Source: Octopus vulgaris (Eukaryota). Taken from it: DNA of 64,000 bases. Below, one piece after another: positions 40,301-52,850 of this stretch; positions within the stretch are counted from its first letter, which is position 1, and each line of letters opens with the position of its first letter. A program made the position numbers and the translations under genes. The DNA is taken from contig OX597837.1 of assembly GCA_951406725.2 (NCBI GenBank), positions 47,306,001 to 47,370,000 of the forward strand, in the 5' to 3' direction. Under the pieces are notes generated by a model, which saw only the letters and a list, made by a program, of their open reading frames with translations, ran no database searches and was not told where the DNA came from.

Positions 40301-43300
40301 TTGTTGGATGTTCAGTTGTTGTTGTTGGTTGTTCAGTTGTTGTTGTTGTTGGTTGTTCAGTTTTTGTAGTTGTTGGATGTTCTGTTGTTGTTGTTGTTGG
40401 ATGTTCAGTTGTTGTTGGTTGTTCAGTTGTTGTTGTTGTTGGATGTTCAGTTGTTGTTGTTGTTGGATGTTCAGTTGTTGTTGGTTGTTCTGTTGTTGTT
40501 GTTGTTGGTTGTTCAGTTTTTGTTGTTGTTGGATGTTCTGTTGTTGTTGTTGTTGGTTGTTCAGTTGTTGTTGTTGTTGGATGTTCAGTTGTTGTTGTTG
40601 TTGGATGTTCAGTTGTTGTTGTTGTTGGTTGTTCAGTTGTTGTTGTTGTTGGTTGTTCAGTTGTTGTTGGTTGTTCAGTTGTTGTTGTTGTTGGTTGTTC
40701 AGTTATTGTTGTTGTTGGATGTTGTGTTGTTGTTGTTGTTGGATTTTCAGTTGTTGTTGTTGTTGGTTGTTCAGTTGTTGTTGTTGCCTGATTTTCAGTT
40801 GTTGTTGTTGTTGGATGTTCAGTTGTTGTTGTTGTTGGATGTTCAGTTGTTGTTGTTGTTGGATGTTCAGTTGTTGTTGTTGTTGGTTGTTCAGTTGTTG
40901 TTGTTGTTGGATGTTCTGTTGTTGTTGTTGTTGGTTGTTCAGTTTTTGTTGTTGTTGGTTGTTCAGTTGTTGTTGTTGTTGGATGTTCTGTTGTTGTTGT
41001 TGGATGTTCAGTTGTTGTTGTTGTTGGTTGTTCAGTTGTTGTTGTTGTTGGATGTTCAATTGTTGTTGTTGTTGGATGTTCAGTTGTTGTTGTTGTTGGT
41101 TGTTCTGTTGTTGTTTTTTGTTCGGTTGTTGTTGTTGTTGTTGTTGGATGTTGTTGTTGTTGTTGGATGTTCAGTTGTTGTTGTTGTTGGATGTTCAGTT
41201 GTTGTTGTTGTTGGTTGTTCAGTTGTTGTTGTTGTTGGATGTTCAGTTGTTGTTGTTGTTGGATGTTCAGTTGTTGTTGTTGTTGGATGTTCAGTTGTTG
41301 TTGTTTGTTCAGTTGTTGTTGTTGTTGGATGTTCTGTTGTTGTTTTTGTTGGATGTTCAGTTGTTGTTGGTTGTTCAGTTGTTGTTGTTGTTGGTTGTTC
41401 AGTTTTTGTAGTTGTTGGATGTTCAGTTGTTGTTGTTGTTGGATGTTCAGTTGTTGTTGGTTGTTCAGTTGTTGTTGTTGTTGGATGTTCAGTTGTTGTT
41501 GTTGTTGGATGTTCAGTTGTTGTTGTTGTTGTTTGTTCTTGTTGTTGTTGTTGTTGTTGTTGTTGTTGGATGTTCATTTGTTGTTGTTGTTAGTTGTTCA
41601 GTTGTTGTTGTTGTTGGTTGTTCAGTTGTTGTTGTTGTTGGATGTTCTGTTGTTGTTGTTGTTGTTGGATGTTCAGTTGTTGTTGTTGTTGGTTGTTCAG
41701 TTGTTGTTGTTGCTGGATGTTCAGTTGTTGTTGTTGGTTGTTCAGTTGTTATTGTTGTTGGATGTTCAGTTGTTGTTGTTGTTGTTTGTTCAGTTGTTGT
41801 TGTTGTTGTAGTTGGATGTTCAGTTGTTTTTGTTGTTGGATGTTCAGTTGTTGTTGTTGTTGGATGTTCAGTTGTTGTTGTTCTTGGCTGTTCAGTTGTT
41901 GTTGTTGTTGGATGTTCAGTTGTTGTTGTTGTTGGATGTTCAGTTGTTGTTGTTGTTGGTTGTTCAGTTGCTGTTGTTGTTGGTTGTTCAGTTGTTGATG
42001 TTGTTGGATGTTCAGTTGTTGTTGTTGTTGGATGTTCAGTTGTTGTTGTTGTTGGTTGTTCAGTTTTTGTAGTTGTTGGATGTTCAGTTGTTGTTGTTGT
42101 TGGATGTTCAGTTGTTGTTGTTGTTGGATGTTCAGTTGTTGGTGTTGTTGGATGTTCAGTTGTTGTTGTTGTTGGATGTTCAGTTGTTGTTGTTGTTGAT
42201 GTTGTCGTCTTCAGTTGATTGTGGTGTTGTTGTTGTTTTGTTGTTCAGTTGTTGTTTTTGCATGTTCAGTTGTTGTTGTTGTTGGATGTTCAGTTGTTGT
42301 TGTTGTTGGATGTTCAGTTGTTGTTGTTGGTTGTTCAGTTGTTGTTGTTGCCTGATTTTCAGTTGTTGTTGTTGTTGGATGTTCAGTTGTTGTTGTTGTT
42401 GGATGTTCAGTTGTTGTTGTTGTTGGTTGTTCAGTTGTTGTTGTTGCTGGATTTTCAGTTGTTGTTGTTGTTGGATGTTCAGTTGTTGTTGTTGTTGGTT
42501 GTCCAGTTGTTGTTATTGTTGGATGTTCTGTTGTTGTTGTTGTTGGATGTTCAGTTGTTTTTGTTGTTGGATGTTCAGTTGTTGTTGTTGTTGGTTGTTC
42601 AGTTGTTGTTGTTGCTGGATGTTCAGTTGTTGCTGTTGTTGGATGTTCAGTTGTTGTTGTTGTTGGATGTTCAGTTGTTGTTGTTGTTGGTTGTTCAGTT
42701 GTTGTTGTTGTTGGATGTTCAATTGTTGTTGTTGTTGGATGTTCAGTTGTTGTTGTTGTTGGTTGTTCTGTTGTTGTTTTTTGTTCGGTTGTTGTTGTTG
42801 TTGTTGTTGGATGTTCAGTTGTTGTTGTTGTTGGATGTTCAGTTGTTGTTGTTGTTGGTTTTTCAGTTTTTGTTGTTGTTGGATGTTCTGTTGTTGTTGG
42901 ATGTTCTGTTGTTGTTGTTGTGGGTTGTTCCGTTGTTGTTGTTGCTGGATGTTCAGTTGTTGTTGTTGGATGTTCAGTTGTTGTTGTTGTTGGATGTTCA
43001 GTTGTTGTTGTTGTTGGATGTTCAGTTGTTGTTGTTGTTGGATGTTCAGTTGTTGCTGTTGCTGGACGTTCAGTTTTTGTTATTGTTTGTTGTTCAGTTG
43101 TTGTTGTTGCTGGATGTTCAGGTGTTGTTGTTGTTGGATGTTCAGTTGTTGTTGTTGTTGGATGTTCAGTTGTTGTTGTTGTTGGATGTTCAGTTGTTGC
43201 CGTTGCTGGATGTTCAGTTGTTGTTATTGTTGGATGTTCAGTTGTTGTTGTTGTTGGTTGTTCAGTTGTTGTTGTTGTTGGATGTTCAGTTGTTGTTGTT

Positions 43301-44030
43301 GTTGGATGTTCAGTTGTTGTTGTTGTTGGTTGTTCAGTTGTTTTTGTTGCTGGATGTTCAGTTGTTGTTGTTGTTGGATGTTCAGTTGTTGTTGTTGTTG
43401 GATGTTCAGTTGTTGTTGTTGTTTGTTGTTCAGTTGTTGTTGTTGCTGGATGTTCAGTTGTTGTTGTTGTTGGATGTTCAGTTGTTGTTGTTGTTGGTTG
43501 TTCAGTTGTTGTTGTTGCTGGATGTTCAGTTGTTGTTGTTGTCGGATGTTCAGTTGTTGTTGTTGTTGGATGTTCAGTTGTTGTTGTTGTTGGTTGTTCA
43601 GTTGTTGTTGTTGTTGGTTGTTCTGTTGTTGTTTGTTGTTCGGTTGTTGTTGTTGGATGTTCAGTTGTTGTTGTTGTTGGTTGTTCAGTTGTTGTTGTTG
43701 TTGGTTGTTCAGTTGTTATTGTTGTTGGATGTTTTGTTGTTGTTGTTGGTTGTTCAGTTGTTGTTGTTGTTGGATGTTCAGTTGTTGTTGTTGTTGGTTG
43801 TTCAGTTGTTGTTGTTGTTGGATGTTCTGTTGTTGTTGTTGTTGGATGTTCTGTTGTTGTTTTTGTTGGTTGTTCAGTTGTTGTTGTTGCTGGATGTTCA
43901 GTTGTTGTTGTTGTTGGATGTTCAGTTGCTGTTGTTGTTGGATGTTCAGTTGTTGTTGTTGTTGTTGTTGTCGGTTGTTCGGTTGTTGTTGTTACTTCAG
44001 TTGTGGCTGTTGTTGTTTGTTGTGCAGTAT
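32545..44030 (-). CDS. SEA-PTS mucin, cassette 1, giant PTS exon (TTTTTEHP/TTTTTEQP repeats), frameshifted as assembled
   Basis: Same acceptor as the other PTS exons, homologous donor ACAG|gtgagt at 32545. Length 11486 nt is not a multiple of 3. Open for ~605 codons to a stop at 42211, then the Thr frame switches repeatedly. Confidence 0.7.
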
Positions 44031-44266
44031 CTGTAAAAATATAATGCATGTTACACAATTTGTATTTTTAAAGCGTATCACACTTTTATGTGTTTTTGAG
44101 AGTGGTATCTCTCACTGATACATTGTTGTTTCGAAATTGACTCTAAAACATATAATACTAAGAAAGTTAAATAGTCGTAGTATTTGTTGTAGTAGTTATA
44201 GTAGTAGTAGTAGTAGTAGTAGTAGTACTAGTAGTAGTGGTGGTGGTAGTGGTTGTAGTCGCAGTC

Positions 44267-44298
<32 letters not shown>

Positions 44299-44299
44299 T

Positions 44300-44334
<35 letters not shown>

Positions 44335-44386
44335 TGTAGGAGCTGTATTTGTAGTAGTAGTAGTATTTGTAGTTGGAGTATTATTT

Positions 44387-44417
<31 letters not shown>

Positions 44418-44532
44418 AAGGAGGAGGATTAGTTCATTTCATTGTTGTTGACTTAGAAATATGTTATCGTTTCATCCTGATAAAATTTACTGTGAAAGAA
44501 TATAATACATCTGTTCGAATCTTTGCACTTAC

Positions 44533-44660
44533 TTTCGGAATTCACTTTCGTCTTTTCTCCTATGACACCTGTAATATTATTCATGGTTTCGCGGACAATC
44601 TCTACCTGGGGATCTGCACGTTTGAATTCCATAATCAGGTCTGCAATCAGGCTACCGTTT
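44533..44660 (-). CDS. SEA-PTS mucin, cassette 1, SEA exon C (RETMNN variant)
   Basis: Same structure, 128 nt. Confidence 0.88.
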
Positions 44661-44959
44661 CTGAAATCAAGAAAGATAATCTTTACTAACTGCACGTGCA
44701 TTTTACGAGAATTTGCAGAAGAACTTGTTATATTTGTGCAATAACAGAAATCACAAGCAGAGATTTTCTCTCAACTCTGTTCATAAAATCCCTCTTGGTT
44801 TACCTCTTTATGAATCAGTGCAACGCTGCGTGATCTCCACCCTACATCGTGGAACAGGGCCCTGCCTCACTTCAGAGAGCTAAGCAAATCCAGTTGAGAA
44901 TGCAGACAAACCCTGGCCAGAGATTGTTATTGCTAGAGAGCCATACGTATGGCAGTAGA

Positions 44960-45470
44960 ATTATCTCGTTGATTTTGATTCTTTAAAATATCGCCTGAAG
45001 ATTTAGCGCTTTCTCTTCCTTTTATGCAAACTATCAAATTCAGCCTGAATATCCAGAACATTCTCACACGCTTCTACTTCCCTATCACTTGCTGGGGGTC
45101 ACTTGATTTTCACGACTATGCCAAACATCAATATTTTTGCCAATTGCCCATTCACTTCCCTATAACAGCCTCTAACAACCCGCTTCGTTGCGCACCAACT
45201 GTCGACAGTGTTTTCTCATTTGTGAATTCCTTAATTCCCTCCAACATGTGTCCACGAAACTTTCCTTGACCGCTTTTCCATCAGCTCTAATATACTCCCT
45301 GCCATCGCTTGCATTTCTCATCTGTTTGCTTCTCCTTATAACAAAGAAAGACTCATCGACACACATGATATTCAGTTTCATTCCCCTTCGATATCTGCAC
45401 ATATGTGTCAGCCACAAAATATTCTGAGATATCTTGTCGAATAATCGCTGACACCTCTAAAGAAGAAAGT
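44960..45470 (-). mobile_element. Highly decayed LINE RT remnant (RTE-like); copies at 53.15-53.66 kb and 60.9-61.43 kb
   Basis: 'FDKISQNILW' resembles AFDRV...LW; 'IMCVDE' lies at a plausible YADD position. Confidence 0.35.
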
Positions 45471-45480
45471 CTATAATACT

Positions 45481-45577
<97 letters not shown>

Positions 45578-45638
45578 TGTGTGTGTGTGTTTGTGTAATT
45601 GAACCGTATATAAAAGATATATCACCGAGAGAACTGAC

Positions 45639-45706
45639 CTTAATTGTGTAACATTATTGCCAAGATATGTGTCCGCCAACTCACTGTTTTCCATAGATTC
45701 ATCGAC
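45639..45706 (-). CDS. SEA-PTS mucin, cassette 1, SEA exon B
   Basis: Same structure, 68 nt. Confidence 0.85.
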
Positions 45707-46439
45707 CTAAAAACACAAAAATAAAATTCAACATGGCTGAAATGAATGTTGATTATTGTCGCGTTTGCATTTAAGAGAAATGCTAATTGAGTATTTTTAC
45801 TACTTTATTACTTTTATCATTCTCTCTAGTTGAAGATTCCTTTCTTCCCACACCCCTATCCTTCGAGCTCACAATTATGTATATTTCATGATAACAATTA
45901 TCATGAAACAATATAAAAATTAATATTTTAATCAAACACAATTCAATTAAAAAATTAAGTAATATTGTTATATAAATACGTTACTTATCTTATCGGAGAA
46001 CATTTTATAACTGAATCTTAAACGTGAAAATGTGTTAGCGTTTATAAGAAATTAAACTCGTGAAGATGTTTTGTAAAAGGATAGAATAAATTTATTAATG
46101 AAAATGACGAAATATATTTATTAATGAAAATAACGAAAAATATTTAAGCTTCTAGAACCAAAGAATAAGAGAACAACAAATCTATAAATGACTATTTCCT
46201 ATAAATTTTACAATCCTAATAATTATTACGTAAAATATACATATTATATATAAATTAATTTATATTACTATAATTAATACATCTTAATAAATTTATATAT
46301 TCATTTATTTATTAAGAAATATCCAAGTTTAAACGTATTCAGATATAGTAATATAACATATAATATTATGCTAATTTATACACTAACACTACTGAATTAT
46401 ATCTTCAATAAATAAGTAACATACAATAAGGTTTTATAT

Positions 46440-47000
46440 ATCCGGAAAACCGATTATATAGGTAAGTGAATTTATGTTTGCATGTAATTATACGCTCTTC
46501 GAGTTAATTGAACGGTACATGATTATAATTATATAATATTTCCTTAAATTCATTATTACACAATAAACAAGAATTACTCCCTATACAATATGATTTTGCC
46601 TTACAAACTTTCTCCCAAGTTAATTTATATTTAATACATTTAGATCTAAGTTCCCAAATATATTTACTGAGGCCTGTTGAATTAATTAGATTTTTATTCC
46701 TGAAAGAATACATGAGTTGAGCCACTCTTAATTTATTTTGAAGGATATTCCTATAGCATCTAGAAAGGAATATATTTTAAAACTTATTGAAGATTTTATT
46801 ACTAGGATTCAATGGAAATCCTACTATAATAGTTGTAACATATCTAACATTAATTATGTAGAGAATAATAATAATATTAAGTCAAAGTTTAAATCTACGA
46901 AGGAACCCCTATATAATAGAGAAATACAGGTTTTAGAGAACAATGTTTGGAAGGTAGTGTAAACTATGATCCACTGATGGATGATAACAGCATTCTGCAA
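46440..47000. mobile_element. Penelope-like fragment: GIY-YIG C-terminus (minus) abutting ORF N-terminus (plus); copies at 54620-55170 and 62420-62930
   Basis: Minus 'TGLSKYIWELR...YKLTWEKVCKAKSY..GSNSCLLC..E'; plus 'KDIPIASRKEYILKLIEDFITRIQWKS'. Confidence 0.8.
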
Positions 47001-47109
47001 CATGATGCGAAAGAAAATTGAAGAAACCTCCAGAAGCACTGCAGAAACAATACTGCTCTGTCTTTAGAGTGAAGTTACCTGATTATTATTATACTAAAAT
47101 CCATCTTAC

Positions 47110-47222
47110 CTTTGCAGAAATATCAGCAACCTTCGCTTGTGTCTCAGCATTATTAAGATCCGAATATATAGCTTTGTATTCCTCATTCAAGTGCATTTCT
47201 ACATTGACCGAACTAGTAACAC
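47110..47222 (-). CDS. SEA-PTS mucin, cassette 1, SEA exon A
   Basis: Same structure as the other copies, 113 nt. Confidence 0.85.
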
Positions 47223-47274
47223 CTGTAGAAGAAATGACAGTGTGACAATCTGTAAAATTCTTGGCCTTTAATTA

Positions 47275-47392
<118 letters not shown>

Positions 47393-47839
47393 CATTGAGT
47401 GAGAGAGCAGTTCATGCCATCAAAGTGACACTGGGGTAAAATATACGAAGCCCAATATACCCATCATAACTACCCGTCTGATAAAGGTACATCAGGCACA
47501 TGCATCACAACCATATGTGTGCGACATGGTGATCTCATATCAAGATAAACAGCACATGACCTTGCAGGTGGGGCCCAGTTAGAATTTTCTACAGGTTGAG
47601 TAGCCCATCCCGCTCAAAAGGTCCCTGAATAAGGGTTGTTTAAGGATGTTGAAAGAACCACCCATGTTTCCAGAGGTGAACTATTCAAACCCCAAAGAAT
47701 CCCTCTCAACACATGGCTATGATGCTCCCACACTACTTCTGCTCGTGATCAGAGATGCACATATCGTCAGCCACTAAGGGACATGCTCAACTGGTTAAGG
47801 TCAAACAACTGACAAGCAAATCTGTGGTATTGAGCAGAA

Positions 47840-47946
<107 letters not shown>

Positions 47947-47956
47947 TGATTGATAG

Positions 47957-47987
<31 letters not shown>

Positions 47988-48177
47988 AAGAGAGAGAAAG
48001 ATAGATTACAAAAGTTGTGGAGAATATTAGTATTTTCTAATCTACATATGGGTGTTTTCTAAAGAATATAATTTTCGATCTGATATGTTGGTTGGACTCA
48101 AAGAGCAAATGAAATCGACACAACAACACGCAAACACACACACATACACACACACACCCAAACACAAACAAACAGAA

Positions 48178-48255
<78 letters not shown>

Positions 48256-49178
48256 GTATGCATAAATGCGCGTGTGTGTACATATATATATATATAAAGT
48301 CAGGGAGACAGAGAGAGAGAAGGAGCGAAAGACGGAGCAAATAATATAAGTGTTTATGAATATTATTATATATGTATATTATCATTATTTATGTCTATGT
48401 ATATAATTATACGGTGGCAAGGATCCTCTAAATTCACGCCATGCAATACTGTGATTATGATGCACTACAGAAAAGGAGACGAGACCATTACACAGGACGC
48501 TCCTCTGTCGTCCAATAAAAACTTACCTCCAGTTCTCTCCTCTATTAACGTTTAGTGCAGAAGCGATCAACTACAACAAATGTAATACCTTTCCAAAGGC
48601 ATTTAAAGCACCGACTGCTGCCAGAATGGAGCAGATCAACAAAAGATCAACAGTTGATCAGCAAAATATCGCCAAAGGTAAAAGCAAATACTCAAACACA
48701 CCGACAGAGTAATACTTAGGAAGAAATGCACGGAGTTACCTGTTCAGTCCCCTTCGGCAGGCAAAGCTTCGTACTTCTATTATTGCAGTGAACTGAATAA
48801 GCGGATTCAGTAATGATTCTTACTTGGATATTATGGAGACTACTAGATGTATTCATGTAGCTATTAGTGTCTATGTATGAAGAGACCAGTGTTTACCTGT
48901 ATCTAATTGTAAGACAGTGTCTTTGGAAATGGGTTTCATTCAACATCATTATGCATGTAACAACCTCAATATTTACGATAATAGTTACGTTGAAAAAATT
49001 TCCATTCTGTATTTCCAGCCAAGGCGATTTCACGTCGACAAGATCGTCGATATTTCACTTTCGTTGAGATTAGATCAAGCAAGACACACCAATCGATGTC
49101 AGGATGAGAGAGGTGTCAGAATCTGATCGTTGCAAAAAGAAATCGGAGAGAAGATGTTGCAGAGACTAAAACACTTAC

Positions 49179-52100
49179 CTGTTGTCGTTGGTTCTTCAGT
49201 TGTGACTGTTGTTGATTCTTCAGTTGTTACAGTTGTTTGTTCATTAGTTGTGACTGTTGTTGGTTCTTCAGTTGTGACTGTTGTTGGTTCTTCAGTTTTG
49301 AGTGTTGTTGGTTCTTCAGTTGTTACTGTTGTTTGTTCTTCAGTTGTTACTGTTGTTGTTGGTTCATCAGTTGTTACTGTTTTTGATTCTTCAGTTGTTA
49401 TAGTTGATTTTTCATCAGTTGTTACAGTTGTTGTTTCATCAGTTGTTACTGTTTTTGATTCTTCAGTTGTGTCTGTTGTTGGTTCTTCAGTTGTTACTGT
49501 TTTTGTTTGTTCATCAGTTGTTACTGTTGTTTGTTCTTGAGGTGTGACTATTGTTGTTGGTTCTTCAGTTGTTAGTGTTGTTGGTTCTTCAGTTGTTACT
49601 GTTGTTTGTTCTTGAGGTGTGACTGTCGTTGTTGGTTCTTCAGTTGTTACTGTTGTTGGTTCTTCAGTTGTAACATTTGTTGTTGATTCTTCAGTTGTGA
49701 CTGTTTTTGTAGATTCTTCAGTTGAGACTGTTGTTGTTGATTCTTCAGTTGTGACTGTTGTTGTTGGTTCTTCATTTGTGACTGATGTTGTTGGTTCTTC
49801 AGTTGTTACTGTTGTTGTTAGTTCTTCAGTTGGAACAGTTGTTGTTGTTGGTTCCTCAGTTGTAACAGTTGTTGTTGTTGGTTCTTCAGTTGTTACTGTT
49901 GTTGTTGGTTCTTCAGTTGTGACTGCTGTTGTTGGTTCTTCAGTTGTGACTGTTGTTGTTGATTCTTCAGTTGTGACTGTATTTGTTGGTGCTTCAGTTG
50001 TGACTGTTGTTGTTGGTTCTTCAGTTGTTACTGTTGTTGTTGGTTCTTCCTCTGTAACTGCTGTTGTTGGTTCTTCGGTTGTAACAGTTGTTGTTGTTGG
50101 TTCTTCAGTTGTGACTGTTGTTGTTGATTCTTCAGTTGTGACTGTTGTTGTTGGTGCTTCAGTTGTGACTGTTGTTGTTGGTTCATCAGTTGTTACTGTT
50201 TTTGATTCTTCAGTTGTGTCTGTTGTTGGTTCTTCAGTTGTTACTGTTTTTGTTTGTTCATCAGTTGTTACTGTTGTTTGTTCTTGAGGTGTGACTATTG
50301 TTGTTGGTTCTTCAGTTGTTAGTGTTGTTGGTTCTTCAGTTGTTACTGTTGTTTGTTCTTGAGGTGTAACAGTTGTTGTTGATTCTTCAGTTGTGACTGT
50401 TTTTGTAGATTCTTCAGTTGTGACTGTTGTTGTTGATTCTTCAGTTGTGACTGTTGTTGTTGGTTCTTCAGTTGTGACTGATGTTGTTGGTTCTTCAGTT
50501 GTTACTGTTGTTGTTGGTTCTTCAGTTGGAACAGTTGTTGTTGTTGGTTCCTCAGTTGTAACAGTTGTTGTTGTTGGTTCTTCAGTTGTTACTGTTGTTG
50601 TTGGTTCTTCAGTTGTGACTGCTGTTGTTGGTTCTTCAGTTGTGACTGTTGTTGTTGATTCTTCAGTTGTGACTGTATTTGTTGGTGCTTCAGTTGTGAC
50701 TGTTGTTGTTGGTTCTTCAGTTGTTACTGTTGTTGTTGGTTCTTCCTCTGTAACTGCTGTTGTTGGTTCTTCGGTTGTAACAGTTGTTGTTGTTGGTTCT
50801 TCAGTTGTGACTGCTGTCGCTGGTTCTTCAGTTGTGACTGTTGTTGTTGATTCTTCAGTTGTGACTGTAGTTGTTGGTGCTTCAGTTGTGACTGTTGTTG
50901 TTGGTTCTTCAGTTGTTACTGTTGTTGTTGGTTCTTCCTCTGTAACTGCTGTTGTTGGTTCTTCGGTTGTAACAGTTGTTGTTGTTGGTTCTTCAGTTGT
51001 GGTTGTTGTTGTTGGTTCTTCAGTTATAACAGTTGTTGTTGTTGGTTCTTCAGTTGTGACTGTTGTTGTTGGTTCTTCAGTTGTCAGAGTTGTTGTTGTT
51101 GGTTCTTCAGTTGTGGTTGTTGTTGTTGGTTCTTCAGTTGTAACAGTTGTTGTTGTTGGTTCTTCAGTTGTTACTGTTGTTGTTGGTTCTTCAGTTGTTA
51201 CTGTTGTTGTTGGTTCTTCAGTTGTTACTGGTGTTGTTGGTTCATCAGTTGTAACAGTTGTTGTTGTTGATTCTTCAGTTGTTACTGGTGTTGTTGGTTC
51301 ATCAGTTGTAACAGTTGTTGTTGTTGGTTCTTCAGTTGTGGTTGTTGTTGTTGGTTCTTCAGTTGTAACAGTTGTTGTTGTTGGTTCTTCAGTTGTTACT
51401 GTTGTTGTTGGTTCTTCAGTTCTGACTGCTGTTGATGGTTCTTCAGTTGTGGCTGTTGTTGTTGGTCCTTCAGTTGTAACAGTTGTTGTTGTTTGTTCTT
51501 CATTTGTGACTGTCGTTTGTTCTTGAGGTGTGACTGTTGTTGTTGGTCCTTCAGTTGTAACAGTTGTTTTTGTTGGATCTTCAGTTGTGAATGTTGTTTG
51601 TTCTTGAGGCATGACTGTTGTTCTTGGTTCTTCAGTTGTAACTGTTGTTGGTTCATGAGTTGTGACTGATGTTGTTGGTTCTTCAGTTGTGACTTTTGTT
51701 GTTGTTGTTTCTTCAGTTGTGACTGTTGTTGTTGGTTCTTCAGTTGTGACTGTTGTTGTTTGTTCTTCAGTTGTGACTGTTGTTGTTGGTTCTTCAGTTG
51801 TGACTGTTGTTGTTGGTTCTTCAGTTGTGACTGTTGTTGTTGGTTCTTCAGTTGTGACTGTTGTTGTTGGTTCTTCAGTTGTGACTGTTGTTGTTGGTTC
51901 TTCAGTTGTGACTGTTGTTGTTGGTTCTTCAGTTGTAACAGTTGTCGTTTGTTCTTCAGTTGTGACTTTTGTTGTTGGTTCTACAGTTGTGACTGTTGTT
52001 GTTCGTTGTTCAGTTGTGACTGATGTTGTTGGTTCTTCAGTTGTGACTGTTGTTGTTTTTGTTTCTTCAGTTGTGACTGATGTTGTTGGTTTTTCAGTTG

Positions 52101-52322
52101 TGACTGTTGTTGTCGTTGTTTCTTCAGTTGTGACTTTTGTTGTTGGTTCTTCAGTTGTGACTGTTGTTGTTGGTTGTTCAGTTGTGCCTGTTGTTGTTGG
52201 TTCATCAGTTGTGACTGTTGTTGTTATTGGTTGTTCAGTTGTGACTGTTGTTGTTGGTTCTTCAGTTGTGGCTGTTGTTGTTAATTCTTCAGTCGTGCCT
52301 GTTGTTGTTTGTTGTACAGTAT
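49179..52322 (-). CDS. SEA-PTS mucin, cassette 2, PTS exon (~1048 codons)
   Basis: 3144 nt (multiple of 3), AG/GT bounded, fully open (inside ORF 49099..52350), T/E/V/P-rich. Confidence 0.92.
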
Positions 52323-52468
52323 CTGTAAAAATATAATTCATGTTACACAATCTGTATTTCTAAAGCGTATCATACGTTTATGTTTTATTGGGAGTGGTAC
52401 CTCTCACTGATATATTGTTGTGTTGAAATTGACTCTAAAACATATAATACTAAGAAAGTTAAATAGTC

Positions 52469-52530
<62 letters not shown>

Positions 52531-52722
52531 TGTAGTAGTAGTAGTAGTTTTAGTAGTAGTATTAATCGTAGTTGTAGTAGTTGTTGTCGTATTAGTATTT
52601 GTAGTAGCAGTTATAGTAGTAGTTCATTTCATTTTTGCTGCCTTTCAAATAAGTTACGGTTTTATCCTGATAAAATTTACTGTGAAAGAATATAATACAT
52701 CTGTTCGAATCTTTGCACTTAC

Positions 52723-52850
52723 TTTCGGAATTCACTTTCGTCTTTTCTCCTATTACACCTGTAATGTTATTGATGGTTTCGCGGACAATCTCTACCTGGG
52801 GATCTGCACGTTTGAATTCCATAATCAGGTCTGCAATCAGGCTACCGTTT
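52723..52850 (-). CDS. SEA-PTS mucin, cassette 2, SEA exon C
   Basis: Same splice sites, 128 nt, NGSLIAD motif. Confidence 0.88.

Noticed and set aside
32177-44118. Very long plus-strand ORFs (poly-L/V/C; GCSVVVV, WLFSCCCC)
   Set aside because: Antisense shadows of the ACA-rich mucin repeat, which has almost no plus-strand stops. Splice sites and the SEA exons define the minus strand.
44137-44451. Poly-Ser ORF (and copies at 52420 and 60163)
   Set aside because: Intronic (AGT)n microsatellite of variable length between copies.
46300-46440. Hammerhead-like TTGAAGA...TAAAC on the minus strand after the GIY-YIG fragment
   Set aside because: Both core boxes are mutated in very AT-rich sequence; cannot be told from chance.
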